From positions 22,382,001 to 22,446,000 of the forward strand of contig NC_083227.1 of NCBI RefSeq assembly GCF_032191835.1: a stretch of 64,000 nucleotides of DNA, in the 5' to 3' direction. The notes beneath the pieces were generated by a model. It was not told the origin of the DNA. It did not search any database and was given only the letters and a program-made list of their open reading frames with translations. Positions 24,885 to 37,034 of this stretch are shown here, in pieces. Made by a program: the position numbers and the translations under genes. Within the stretch, counting starts at the first letter, position 1. Every line of letters begins with the position of its first letter. This stretch comes from Heteronotia binoei (lineage: Eukaryota).

Positions 24885-25370
24885 CTCTTATGTTCTTATG
24901 AACCTAGGTTTCACAGATTGTAGTCTGGCATTCTACCCCCTATACTACAATTCTGGTTTACCCGTTTTCTCCCTCTCCACATCTTTGGAAGATATATGTA
25001 ACTGCTGCAGATACCCCTGCCTTCTGTGGCTAGGCAGATGGTAACCTTAGATATGGCCTTCTTGTTCATGCTACCAAAACTTTGGAGCTTCCTGATCTAT
25101 CTATCTATCTGTCTGTCTATCTATCATCCATCCATTTATTTATTTGACTTAATGGATTGTCCCATCCCGACAATGCTGGGCTTTGGGTGATGTACAGCAT
25201 AATTTGTCCTTTCCCATCTATCACTGTTTTTCACCAATAGGTAAATACATTTTTTTCATTTCACCTGACTTTCCCTCAGCAACACCTCCTTTCCACTCTC
25301 CATTTTAATGTAGTTTCTGCATCTTTACATATGTACCGTATTTACATTTGGGTTTTAGCTGGCTTTCTTA

Positions 25371-25878
25371 TAGGGTTGCCAAGTCCTATTAAAGAAATAT
25401 CTGGGGACTTTGAGGGTAGAGCCAGGAGACATTAGGGGTGGAGCCAAGATCAAGGCTGTGACAAGCATAATGGAACTCCAAAGGGAGTTCTGGCCATCAC
25501 ATTTAAAGGGACGGCACACCTTTTCAATTCCTTCCTTCCATAGGAAATAATGAAGAACAGGGGCACCTTCTTTTGGGGCTCATAGAATTGGACCCCCGGT
25601 CCAATTTTTTTGAAACTTGGGGGGTATTTTGGGGAGAGGCACTAAATGCTATACTGAAAATTTGGTGCCTCTACCCCAAAAAACAGCCCCCCCCCGAGCC
25701 CCAGATACCCGCAGATCAATTCTCCATGATTTTCTATGGGAATAAATCTCCATAGGGAATAATAGAGTTCCCAGCAGACATTTCTCTCCCATCCCCCCGC
25801 TTTCTGATGACCCTGAAGTGGGGGGAGGGTCTCCAAACTGGGGGATCCCCTGCCCCCACCTGGGGATTGGCAACCCTA
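25371..25878. mobile_element. hAT MITE, TAGGGTTGCC family
   Basis: Perfect 8-bp TSD CTTTCTTA. Other copies at ~5237-5680, 10530-10748, 13327-13570, 21228-21510, 28920-29452, 44658-45105, 58720-59380 and 63450-64000. Confidence 0.85.
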
Positions 25879-26862
25879 CTTTCTTATCAATTTTTATAAG
25901 GCTCTGTTTAAACAGCCACCTTAGTGGCTCTGACCAGGGAGAGAGGCAGCATATCTATTTTGTAAAGAATTAAGTAAAATTCTGTCCAAGTATACAGCCT
26001 TGCTCTCCAGCCCGTCTTCACTATCAAAAGATCTACAAGCCAGCATGACATAGTGGTTTAAAGTCTTGGACTAGGATCTGGGAGACCCAGATTCGAATCC
26101 CCACCCTGCCATGAAAGCTTGCTGGGGTGACCTTGGGTCAGTCACCCCCTCTGAGCCTAACCTACCTCACAGGGTTGTTGTGAGGATAAAATGGAGACGA
26201 GAATGATGCTTTGGGTTCCCATTGGGGAGAAAGGTGGGGTCTATGTGTGTGTGTATGTATCATTGCAAATATTATTGCAAATATTATTGCAGTAATATTA
26301 TTGCAAATGTTTTCATATGAAGATGGAAATGAACTCCTACCTGCAGCCTGAAGTGGTCTGATGGAGACTTTGATTTTGCAGAGCATGATTTTTTAAAAAC
26401 CAACAAAAATACACCAGAGCAAATTCAGACTTTGCTGCTTCTGGAAAGCTGAATGAATTAATATGTCTCCGTTAACAGAGCTCTGTTTACATTATCAATA
26501 GCTCCACTTTGATGCAACATAGCTAGATGTTGAAAAACTGCATAGGGAAAGGTGAACTCACGTTTATACAAAGTGTAGGGAAAGAGAGAGGGAATAACAA
26601 CCCTCCCAGTGGTAGGAAATTACAATCCCTTTCTCAAAGCTATATGTGCCCTATCTTGGCTAAAATAAAGCATAATAATAGAGATCTAAAGAATACAGAT
26701 AATGCATTTTTTAAAAATGGAACTCTGTTCATTTTGCCTTGCTGAAAATGCCTGGCTGTGTTTGCTAGCTTTAAAAACGTGATTCACCCCATAACAGGAC
26801 ATTTTAAATCTCCCAACACCCCCACCTTTAAAGCACCCCCCCTTTTCCCCCCTTCAACTCAC

Positions 26863-27022
26863 CCCAGCTGCTGCAAACACTGGCAATGCAACAATAGCTG
26901 CCCAGCAGAAGCTTAGCTGAGCACCGTAGCAGGAAGGGACTTTACACTGTTTACCGTCCCCTCCCCAACACCTCTCAAAGTTCGGGGGCCCCTCTGCAAA
27001 GGACTTCTCTATGGCTTTAACC
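26863..27022 (-). other. Candidate 5'-UTR exon of gene 2
   Basis: Acceptor cacttttgctttcaag and donor GGG|GTGAGT, lying between the candidate promoter and the SCAN exon. Confidence 0.3.
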
Positions 27023-28426
27023 CTTGAAAGCAAAAGTGACAAGCTTGAGGAAATCAGAAAGCAGATTGGGGCAGGAGATTTCTAAGGATGTGGAGGACCC
27101 GTCTTTTTCTTTCGCCGTTGTCTTATTCCAGATTGCAAGCTCCTTAGGGCAGGGAGCCATCTTGAGCCCTTGCCTGTGTTGCCTCCCCTAAACCCAGTTA
27201 GGGGCAGGGACCTATCTTCCTCAATTCCTTCTGTTACCGTCCCTGTCCCGATCTCCAGACAATTAGCATTTCCCCTGTAAGAAATGGCTGCATTGGGAGA
27301 TGGATTCTATGGCATTAGTTCCCCGCACCCAGGTCCCTCCCTCCCTAAATCCTGTTTTCCCAAGGGCCTGCCCCAAATCTCTCAATCTGGGGGTGGTAAC
27401 CCTGTCTTTCTCCCTTCCCTTTTTTGCATCCCTGAAGGAGGAGGAAAAAGAAGAATCGCATGGCAGAGTTACACACAGGAAGCATATAATAATATAAAAT
27501 ACCTAACCAATTTGAGACAATGGGTATGCAGGTCAATTGGACAGCCCCCCTAAGAACTAATGTCTAAATTTTCAATCCACTCAGCAGCAACTGGGGAGAG
27601 TTCAAAGAGCTCTATCACATCTCCCTGGAAAGCACAACACTCACGTTCCTGTGATGGAGGTGGTAGGGATGCCAGCCTCCAGGTGGCACCTGGGGATCCC
27701 TCGGAATTACAGCTCATCTCCAGACGACAGAGATCAGTTCCCCTGGAGAAAATGGCTGCTCTGGAGAGTGGACTCTATGGCATTGTACACCACTGAGGTC
27801 CTGTCCTCCCCCCGCCCCATCCTCAAATCCTCCGGAGTTTCCCAACCTGGATCTGCCAACCCTTCCCCATCCCACTCCAAAGATCAGGGGAGACCTGGCA
27901 ACCCTATTTGGCAGGCTGAGGCTGCACTACAACTGCATTTGGGTCATGGTATTTTGCCCCATTTAAACGATAGGTCTGCTCTGCACAATGGCCAAAGCCC
28001 GTTCATATTCAAATAGCTGTGCAATTCTAGCTCACCTCTTCGTGTTTCACCCTTAATAACACTAAAGAGCTAGGCTGCCAGACAATTGTAGGATCTCCTG
28101 GCTACACTACACACATGGACTGTAAACTCCATGAGGCAAGATACTGCCCTTCTTCGGGCTACCCCTCCTGGGCTGCCCTACTCTACATGGTTTACATCTC
28201 TCTTTTGTCTCTTGGAAAGACTTTTGTACAGAAGAGTCAGAAATCCAACCAATGCAGATTCTCAGCTCAAAGCTATTTGTGGTTATAGAAAAGCTAATCC
28301 AGGTGGACTTCTGCCTGCTGTTTTAAAGGATGCCCCTCCTCCCAGGGTTCCCAGGTCTGTGTTGGAAAATACCTGGAGACTTCGAGGGAGAATCCAGGAG
28401 AGGGTGGATTTTAGGGAGGGGCCTCA

Positions 28427-28710
28427 ATGATGATGATGATGATATTGGATTTATATCCCGCCCTCCACTCTGAAGAGTCTCAGAGCGGCTCACAATCTCC
28501 TTTACCTTCCTCCCCCACAACAGACACCCTGTGAGGTGGGTGGGGCTGAGAGGGCTCTCACAGCAGCTGCCCCCCTTTCAAGGACAACCTCTGCCAGAGC
28601 TATGGCTGACCCAAGGCCATGCTAGCAGGTGCAAGTGGAGGAGTGGGAATCAAACCCGGTTCTCCCAGATAAGAGTCCGCACACTTGACCACTACACCAA
28701 ACTGGCTCTC
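28427..28710 (-). mobile_element. Squam3-like SINE
   Basis: Same head, body and tail. Further copies at ~3366-3905 (+), 14733-15005 (-), 15123-15394 (-), 15665-16025 (-), 26036-26250 (+), 36866-37025 (+), 46186-46465 (-) and 48970-49110 (-). Confidence 0.85.
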
Positions 28711-29559
28711 TCACTGGCTCAGCATGGTGCAAGGCCACAGAGCCCCCTTCAAAGCAGACATTTTCTCCAGGGGAGCTGATCTCTGCCACCTGGAGATCAG
28801 TTGTAAAAGCCGGAGATCTCCAGGCCTCACCTGGAGGTTGGCAACCCTCCCTTCTACCCAAAGAGTACAAAACAAAATTGGAGTTTAGTGGCACTTTGAA
28901 GACCAACAAAGTGCAAATCTGGTAGGATTGCCAATCCCCAGGTGGGGGCAGGGCATCCCCTGGTTTGGAGGCCCTCCCCCTGCTTCAGGGTCATCAGAAA
29001 GTGGGGGGGGGGGAGAGAAATGTCTGCTGGGCACTCCATTATTCCCTATGGAGACCGATTCCCATAGGATATAATGGAGAATTGATCTGTGAGTATCTGG
29101 GTCTCAGTGGGGGCTGTTTTTTGAGGTAGAAACACGAAATTTTCAGCATAGCATCCGGTGCCTCTCCTCAAAAGATCCGCCAGATTTCAAAAAGATTGCA
29201 CCAGGGGGTCCAATTCTCTGAGCTCCCAAAGAAGGTTCCCCTATCCTCCATTATTTCCAATGGAGGGAAGCAATTTAAAAGGCATGCAGTCCCTTAAAAT
29301 ATGATGGTCAGCACTCCCTTTGGAGTTCAATTATACTTGCCACACCCTTGCTCCTGGCTCCACTCCCAATGTCTCCTGGCTCCACCCCCAAAGTCTCCTG
29401 GCTCCACCCTCAAAGTCCCCAGATATTTCTTGAATTGGACTTGGCAACCCTAAATTCTGGGCAGAAGCTGTCATTTCTTCAGATGCGCAGCTACATTTCA
29501 GTTTCCTGCATTTCTTACTCCATTCAAACCGACTCTGCCCCGGTGAAAGTTACTATTAA

Positions 29560-29900
29560 AGCGTCAGCACACTGATTCCTAGAGAGGCCTGATGAGGGGG
29601 GACAGTTGTGACCGAGGAGCCTTTCCTGTTCCTTTCCTTACCCGCGTAGAAGGGGGGAAATCTGCATTTTGAATTTCCCAAGCTCGAGCATCGGAGTTCC
29701 TTGGTGCAAAGGAGCTGAAGGTGCAAAGGAGCTTCACTGCCGCGCTCAAGTGGCGGTGAGTTTCAAGGCACCTAACCATTTTGCATAAGAAGGTAAAACT
29801 ACCGGGAAATGAGAGGGAGGGCATTAAAACGGGCAAAGCAATGCACCGTCCCTAACTTCCCCCTTCAGAGTCAGGGATGGCCTGGAGAACTGAGCCCTGC
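29560..29900. promoter_or_regulatory. Candidate bidirectional promoter / first exons of genes 2 and 3
   Basis: Local CpG retention between the divergent genes. Outward-facing donors: CGCGG|GTAAGG (minus, 29642/29641) and GGCG|GTGAGT (plus, 29755/29756). Confidence 0.45.
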
Positions 29901-30539
29901 ATGGAAACTCTATCTAGAACCACCTAAGAATAGGACGTATGTTAGGTTGCCAACTCTTCAAACAGCCCCTGGAGCTCTGTCTTTCCCAGAAGTTTGATTG
30001 GCACCCCTGAGCCCGTGACCGGGGGTGGCCAAACTTGCTTAACATAAGAGCCACATAGAATAAATGTCAGGTGTTTAAGAGCCGCAAGACATGAGCATCA
30101 GATGTTGGAGAACTGCGAGGAAGGAAGGAAGGAAAATAGGAGGGAGAGAGGGGTGGAAAGAAAGCAACTTTAACTTTAAAGGCATTCTCCAAGCCACTGG
30201 CTGGTTTGGTGAAGAGATTTAAAGAGACACATGGCTTTTCCAAGCCAGCCAACAGGATGGTGGGGGCTTCGAGAGCCACACAAACTGTGTAAAAGAGCCA
30301 CATGTGGCTCCTGAGCCACAGTTTGGCCACCCCTGCCAGTGGTCATGTTTTACAACCCAAAAATTCTGTGTGGTTTCTGCAGGTCAGGGGCAGGGGAAGA
30401 TCACGATAGTTTTGAAAATTTTTCCAGGCCAGTTGACAACCCTAGAATTGAACCTGAGAAATATTCTCGTTCCTCTGATGGGTAAAATTGAAGATTTTTA
30501 AAAGACAGAGCTGATTTTCACTTGAGAGCTATACAGAAA

Positions 30540-31050
30540 ATTAAGAACATAGCCATGCTAGATCAGACCAGTGGTCCACCCAGTCTAGCATCCTGCCTCA
30601 GAGTAAGAGACCAGTTCCTCTGGAGGGCCAACAAGAGGGCACAGAGGCCAAGACCTACCCCTGATGTTGCCTCCTGGCTCTGGGATTCAGAGGATTTGTG
30701 CCTCTGAACATGGAGGTACCCTTCAGCCACCATGGCTAGTAGCCCTTGACAGACTTATCCTCCATGAGTCTACCTAACCCCCTTTAAAAGCTGTTTATTC
30801 CTGTGGCCGTCATGACATTCTCTAGCAGCAAATGCCACGTTTTAATCATTCTCTCTGTTAAGTAGTATTGTCTTGTTCATCTTGAACCTGCTACCCGTTG
30901 GTTTCATTGGATGCCCTTGAGTTCTAGTGTTTTGGGAGAGGAAGAAAATTTTCTCCTTATCAGCTCTTTCCACCCCATGGATCTTTGCACTGATATGATA
31001 TATTTGCAAATACTTAAAACTCGGTGTTGAAATGACTTCTTTCACAACAG
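30540..31050 (-). mobile_element. CR1 3' fragment
   Basis: KIHGVERADKEKIFFLSQNTRTQGHPMK motif plus a CR1-type tail. Confidence 0.7.
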
Positions 31051-31779
31051 AGAGAACCCATAGCTAGGTTGGCAGAGCTTTTCATGTAGATGATTCCGGG
31101 CTCGATCCCCAACAACTCCAGCTAAAAGGATCTCTTTGCCTGTGAGATCCTGACAAGCCAGCCAGAGGAGATGAACTACCCATCCAACTTGGCCGGTTTC
31201 AAATACAGACTGTTCTGGGGAGTAGCCGTGGAGCACCCAGGCAGAAGGTTCTAAGGTCACTTCCTGCCAATATAAGCCAAAGGATGAGGGAAAAAACCTC
31301 CCTCTCCTTGAGACCTCAAACAACCACCTCCTGTCTCAGAAGAGACCATCTTGAGTAGGAAGGACCAGTGGTCTCTGTGGAACGCAGCTTCAGATATTCT
31401 AAACTAGAAGCGCACATATGTTTGTTGTCAAACCAGGGAGTTTTATTTTGCCATTTTTGAAAAATAATTCTGAGGTACCTGGAAACCCAGTTTGGATTAA
31501 GACTGTGGGGAGGGGTGGGGTGGTTAAGTGTCCTCCCCTGGGCCATTTTCATAACCTGAACCAGGGACCCACTGTTCACCCCACTGAGTTAATTTATGTC
31601 CAAACCCAAACACCTTTATTGGCATAGAAATAAAAAGTACAGCATAGCAAATTCACATAGAGTTTCAGCTATAAAAACCAGTCAAACATCAAGAAGGGGA
31701 GCTAGTCATTTGCTCCCTGATTATTGTGGCAGCCAAGAAGTACTTTGCAACTAGCCTTGTGATTTGGGGACATTGGTCA

Positions 31780-32170
31780 GATAGTAGAAAGAAAACTAAC
31801 TTTGCCTCAGGTAATCCATAAAGATTAGACAAAATAGGTTTGATTACACAGTCCTGCACTTCCCCATAAAAATCACAGTGAAGTAAGACATGGGTGACTG
31901 TTTCGAAGTGCCTTCCATTACATGGGCAGAATCTTTCCTGATAAGGGATATTGGCAAACCTCCCAGACAGTACTGCTGAGGGTAAGTTAATTTATGTGTC
32001 CTGATGGGTTACCCTGAAGTTTCCTTGATGGAACAGTAGTGGTTCTTTGGGGTAAGTTCTGGTCAGGAAAATGGCATGCCGGGTAGAGCTTGAGCCATCT
32101 TCCCCACAAGCTGTGGTCTCCTTTCAAGTCAGGCTGACACAAGCCTGAGTACTCCCTGGCTTCATAGGAC
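31780..32170 (-). mobile_element. Non-LTR retrotransposon ORF2 C-terminal CCHC region (clade uncertain, RTE-X-like)
   Basis: Manual translation: PSAVLSGRFANIPYQERFCPCNGRHFETVTHVLLHCDF. Confidence 0.5.
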
Positions 32171-32555
32171 ACAGGCCAGATGAATGTATGGTCAGTTCCT
32201 CAGGAGGTTGGTTTTGTGGGAGACTCTGGAGAGTTGATAACAGTCAGAAGAGTTGATACCAAGCTAGATGGACTGATTAAATACTGGGATTTCTCCTGGC
32301 TCTTCTTTGACAGTCTGTTCTCTCTCTCTCTCTCTTTTTCAGGGCAATGTCATTTACTAGAGCCACAGCGTTGTCATGGTCTACAAAATGTCTGCCAGTC
32401 TGGGAGCATTAACCACCTGATGCATCTCTCAGGCATCCTGCCATGTTTTGGTGGGTCATTCTGTGAGGTAGATGGCCTTGAATCCAGCCCACATGAACAA
32501 GGGTTGAGAAGAAGAGGTATTGGGCTTGAGCTGAGATTGGCCTTTTCTAGGTGTC

Positions 32556-33305
32556 ATGGCCACAGAGCTTACACACAAGCATAATGATTCCCCTAGGATT
32601 AAACTGGAAGAGCCTGATCCAACCGCCCTTGAACCAGGGGGAGGGTTGGAGTCTGATGGAAAACCCCTACATCCTGTTCAGGCCGGGAGTATCCAGGAAT
32701 TTCTCCACACCACAACACCCTCGCAGGTGAAGCAGGAACCGGATGAGGAATTACCACAGCTTTGGGAAGCCCAGTGGCAGGAGTTCCTGAAGGTGGTAGA
32801 GACTCCCCGTTCAAGGTGGGTCCACCATGCGAAGCGGCCAGAGTTGACATTGTGGGAAGATACGAAGATGATTCCAGCCCTCTGTGAAGGACAGGCCAAT
32901 GCTAATCGACTCCTTCAAAGAGAGGGCAAAGCAAAACCACTGGAAGGCCTCCTCATAATAGATGGAGGTGAGGAAGATGATAGAAAAGTGAAGGAAGAAA
33001 CCCTTGAGGAGAATCACACCAATGTGGTCCCGCAGGGCCACCAGTTCTGGCACTTCTGCTATCAGGAGGCTGAGGGTCCTCGAGAGATGTATGCCCAGCT
33101 CCGGGAATTATGTTACCAGTGGTTGGCGCCGGAGAGGCACACCAAGGAGCAGATCCTGGAGCTGGTGATCCTGGAGAAGTTCCTGGCCATCTTGCCAGCA
33201 GAGATCCAGAGCTGGGTCCGAGAAGGAGGACTGGAAAGCTCTGCCCAGGCTGTAGCGCTGGCGGAAGGCTTCCTGCTGAGGCAGCTGGACAGACCAGTAA
33301 AGCAG
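32556..33305 (+). CDS. Gene 3, first coding exon: N-terminal extension + SCAN domain (250 aa)
   Basis: SCAN motif [48 protein letters not shown]. Phase-0 donor CAG|GTGAGA. Candidate acceptors upstream at 32342 and 32550. Confidence 0.9.
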
Positions 33306-34039
33306 GTGAGAGCTTGAAAGAATACCCAAGGGCCCAGAAAAGAGCAAGAGTACAGGAGCACCTCGGAGACTAACAAAATTTGTGGCAGGGGGGAGGAGCT
33401 TTCGTGCGTCACTGCTCACTGCCTCCAATGCAGCTGGAATATGAGTCCTTCTGTCATATATTGGAAAGTGGAGTGATTTCAGATGCTGAATGACAATAGC
33501 AGGCAAATGATATTAGCAGGTGCGATTGGATTAGATGTGATCAGGAATTTTTTGAGCAGGAACACCGTTCTGGCTGGCTTGGTGCTGGGGGTGTGTGGCC
33601 TAATATGCAAATGAGTTCCTGTTTGTAGAAAAAGCCCTTAGCGAAACAATGGTGACACCAGGGGCTAGGGCCTAATATTCAAATTAGTTCCTGCTGGACT
33701 TTTTCTACTCCATGGAGGTCCCTGCCCTCTCCTGCCGCCATTCCCAAACCTCCAGGAGTTTCCCAACCTGGATCTGGCAACCCTGCTCCCCCCGCATTGC
33801 CCGCTGGTGGAGGGCAGGAAGGACCTGGCAGCCCCTGTTCTCCTTGTTTATATTTTGTTCTGTATTGAGAGCATTAAGCGAACACCTGTTGTTCTAGAGC
33901 AGGGGTGTCAAACATGTGGCCCAGGGGCCAAATCAGGCCCCCGGAGGGCTCCTATCAGACTCCTGAGCAACTGGCTCTTGTGTGCTTCTTTTGCCCTCTC
34001 TCTTGCTTTCTTCTGCATCTCAACATCTCAAGGCTTGCT

Positions 34040-34340
34040 CAATCGCACAAGGGGGGTGGCGGCGGCCGCAGGCATGGACAGCTTCAGGAGGGGAATGGAT
34101 GGGCATATGGAGCAGAGGTCCATCAGTGGCTCTTAGCCACAGGCAACTCTCTGTCTGGGGCAGTGATGCTCTGTATTCTTGCTGATTGAAGGGGGTCACA
34201 GTGGGAGGGCTTTTGGAGTTCTGGCCCCACTGGTGGACCTCCTGATGGCACCTGGGGTTTTTTGGCCACTGTGTGACACAGAGTGTTGGACTGGATGGGC
34301 CACTGGCCTGATCCAACATGGCTTCTCTTATGTTCTTATG
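34040..34340 (+). mobile_element. CR1 3' end nested in a hAT MITE
   Basis: ATGMDSFRRGMDGHMEQRSISG plus tail. Similar 3' ends at ~17970-18150 (+), 24480-24903 (+), 39870-40050 (+), 51790-52305 (+) and 63020-63290 (-). Confidence 0.8.
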
Positions 34341-34689
34341 AGTTACAGAGCAAAAGCTCGATTTTCTCCATTGGTTGAGGGTTCTCCCCCTCCTGGTCCC
34401 CTGGGGACGGAGGGAAATAGCCAGAGCTTCTTAGTTCCCTGGATCTCATGGGAGAAATACAAAGAAAGCACCTTTAAGACCAACAAGTGCCAATGTTTTA
34501 GGCATGTTTTATTTTAAGGGTTTTTTTTAAAAAGCTCTTTAGTCTTGTTTGTCTGTGTCCTTTGAAATCTTAAATAGGTACAAACATGGCCCAGCCCAAC
34601 ATGCCCCGGCCCAGCCTAACAAGGTCTCACTTATGTCAGATCTGGCCCTCATAACAAATGAATTCGACACCCCTGTCCTAGAGGCTCCT

Positions 34690-35050
34690 TGCAACTACAT
34701 TTGGATTGGCTGCCCTTGTGGATCTGGTCAATCAGGTAACATTGGGTTGAATGAAGCCCATGCAAATGAAGGCAGCAGGCACCTGTTTTCCTATTGGTGA
34801 GTTTGTATTCCACTTGTGTTTCCTATTGGTGACTTTGTATTCCATTTGTGTTTCCTATTGGTGCGTTTGTATTCCGTGGGGGGGTGTTTTGGGTTGAGGG
34901 TTTCTGTATATATATGTGGCTTGCCGCTTGTGTTGTAAGCCAAGCATCTGAAGAAGTGAGCAGTGACTCATGAAAGCTTGTACTCCGCCACAGATTTTGT
35001 CAGTCTTTATAGTGCTGCTGGACTCTTCCTCATTTCTAATGCTGCAAACA
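34690..35050 (+). mobile_element. Penelope-like (Neptune-type) pLTR remnant
   Basis: catCTGAAGAagtgagcagtgactcatGAAAgctt hammerhead-like core, followed by ...gtcagtctttatagtgctgctggactc. Short related pieces at ~4440-4495, 15415-15470 and 45515-45590. Confidence 0.55.
34787..34875. repeat. 32-bp tandem repeat x ~2.8, each unit containing ATTGG (reverse CCAAT)
   Basis: Unit tttcctattggtgagtttgtattccacttgtg starting at 34787, 34819 and 34851. Confidence 0.85.
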
Positions 35051-35551
35051 GATGGGGCTCCCCATCTTGACCTGTCTCTGGAGAAACAGTCCAACGTGGA
35101 ATATACAAGCAACACACCATAGAGTTGACCACAGGGGGGAGAGTAAGCTGTGGTTCAGGAGAATGAGACTTTAGTACACCCATTTTATTCCAACAATTTA
35201 GACCTCCTCTCTTGATACCCAGGGCTCCACCAATCAGTAGATACAGAGCTTTTTTTGTCGCAGGAACTCCTTAGCATATTAGGCTACACCCACCTGATGT
35301 AAGCAATCCTTCAAGAGCTTACAAGGCTCTTCTTACAGGGCCTGCTGTAAGCTCCAGGAGGATTGGCTACATCAGGGGTGTGTGGCCTAATATGCAAAGG
35401 AGTTCCTGCGACAAAAAAAGCCCTAGTTATACACATTCCAGGCTCTGCCACTGCAGTACCAGCTCCCAGAGTGTCAGTCAGCATCCAGTTTCTCCCCTCC
35501 AACATGGCTTTCCCAGCCCCCTTTCCCAGACCTGAACAGGATCCTCTTTGC

Positions 35552-36175
35552 CAGGGGTGTCAAACATGTAGCCTGGGGGCCGAATTAGGCCCCCGGAGGG
35601 CTCCTGTCAGACCCCCAAGCAACTGGCTCTTGTTTGCTTCCTTCTCCCTCTCTCTTGCTTCCTTCTGCATCACTCCATTCAAACCTGCATCACAGCTTGC
35701 ATTGCAAGGCTTGCTCAATCGCACAGGAACTACAGAACTACATCTATTTTCTCCATTGGCTGAGGCTCCTCCATGGTGACAAAGGTCGGGAGGAATAGCT
35801 TGCTGTGCCAGGCTCCCTCAATTGCACAGCAAAGCTGCTGAGCTATGCCTCTCTTCCTTCTATTCGCTGAGGCTCCTCCCCCTCCTGGTCCCCTGGGGAA
35901 GGAAGGACAGAGCCAGAGCTTTCTTTGCCCAGTTCCCTGGATCCCACAGGAGAGATACAAAGAAAGCACCTTTGAGACCAACGAGTGCTAACGTTTGAAG
36001 CATGTTTTAAGTTTTTTAAAATATATTTGTGTTTGTCTGTGTCCTATCTAAAGTGTATATCTCTGCTACCTAATCTTAAAGAGGTACACACATGGCCCAG
36101 TCCAACATGGCCCGGCCCAATAAGGTCATTTATGTCAGATCTGGCCCTCATAACAAAATGAGTTTGACACCCTTG
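35552..36175. mobile_element. Charlie-type hAT element (CAGGGGTGTCAAAC termini)
   Basis: Perfect TSD CTCTTTGC. Related copies at 33900-34675 (CR1 nested) and 43405-43987 (perfect TSD CTCTAAAT). Confidence 0.85.
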
Positions 36176-36191
36176 CTCTTTGCTATTTCAG

Positions 36192-36282
36192 GCGCTGAGC
36201 CCATTTGAAGAAGGAGCTTTAAATTCCCGGGCGCCCCTGCTGGCCGTCACAGCAGATGTTCGCAGGGATGCAGGCTTGCTGA
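36192..36282 (+). CDS. Gene 3, linker exon (ALSPFEEGALNSR...DAGLL; phase 0 to 1)
   Basis: Acceptor ctctttgctatttcag|GCG and donor CTGA|gtaaga. 91 nt, open, in frame. Confidence 0.75.
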
Positions 36283-37034
36283 GTAAGACTTTGAATCCCA
36301 GAATTTCACAGATACCTGAGCAAGATGTTTGACTATTATTAACATTCCCATTAGAAGCTCTGTGTTCTTGGGAGTTGGGAGGAGTCAGGCTTACTGGGAA
36401 GGGCTGTGGCTCTGTGATAGTGCGTTTGCATTGCATGTGGAAGGTCCCAGGTCCATGGCATCTCCAGGTAAAAAGATCGGGGAGTAGGCAATGGGGAAGA
36501 TGTCTACCTGAGACCCTGAAAAAGGCCTGCCAGTTTGAATAGACAGTACTGACCCTGGCAGACAAAGGCGCTGACCGTCTACAAGAGATAATCATGGCTC
36601 TGTCTTCATTTGCTTCATATTTGGCTCAGTGGTGAAGGCCCTGCTTTGCCCAGTTTACTTCCCCTGGCATCTCCATTTCAAGAATATCCACAAGCAGAGA
36701 CTGAGAAAGACCTTAGAATGGGGGTCTCTCCTTACCCGGGCAGCTAAGCGGTCCATGACTCTCAGCCGTTCCTGGCAACAGTGGTGATCAGCTGGTGGTG
36801 GGGACGGTGACATCAGTTTGGTATACAGTGCAGTACACCACTGGTAGGCGGTGATAGGGACAGAGCCAGTTTGGTGTAGTGGTTAAGAGTGGCGGACTCT
36901 AATCTAGTGAACCAGGTTTCATTCCCCACTCTTCTACATGCAGCTACTGGTGTGACCTTGGGTCAGTCACAAGTTCTCTCAGAGCTGTTCTCTCAAGAGG
37001 GGTATAAATCCAATCTCTTCTTCATTTAACATCC

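Noticed and set aside
24593-24901. Recurring ORFs such as MESQFGVVVKCADSYLGEPG and GGILAGAPLHIRPHTPDVANPP
   Set aside because: Translations of SINE and MITE copies, not genes.
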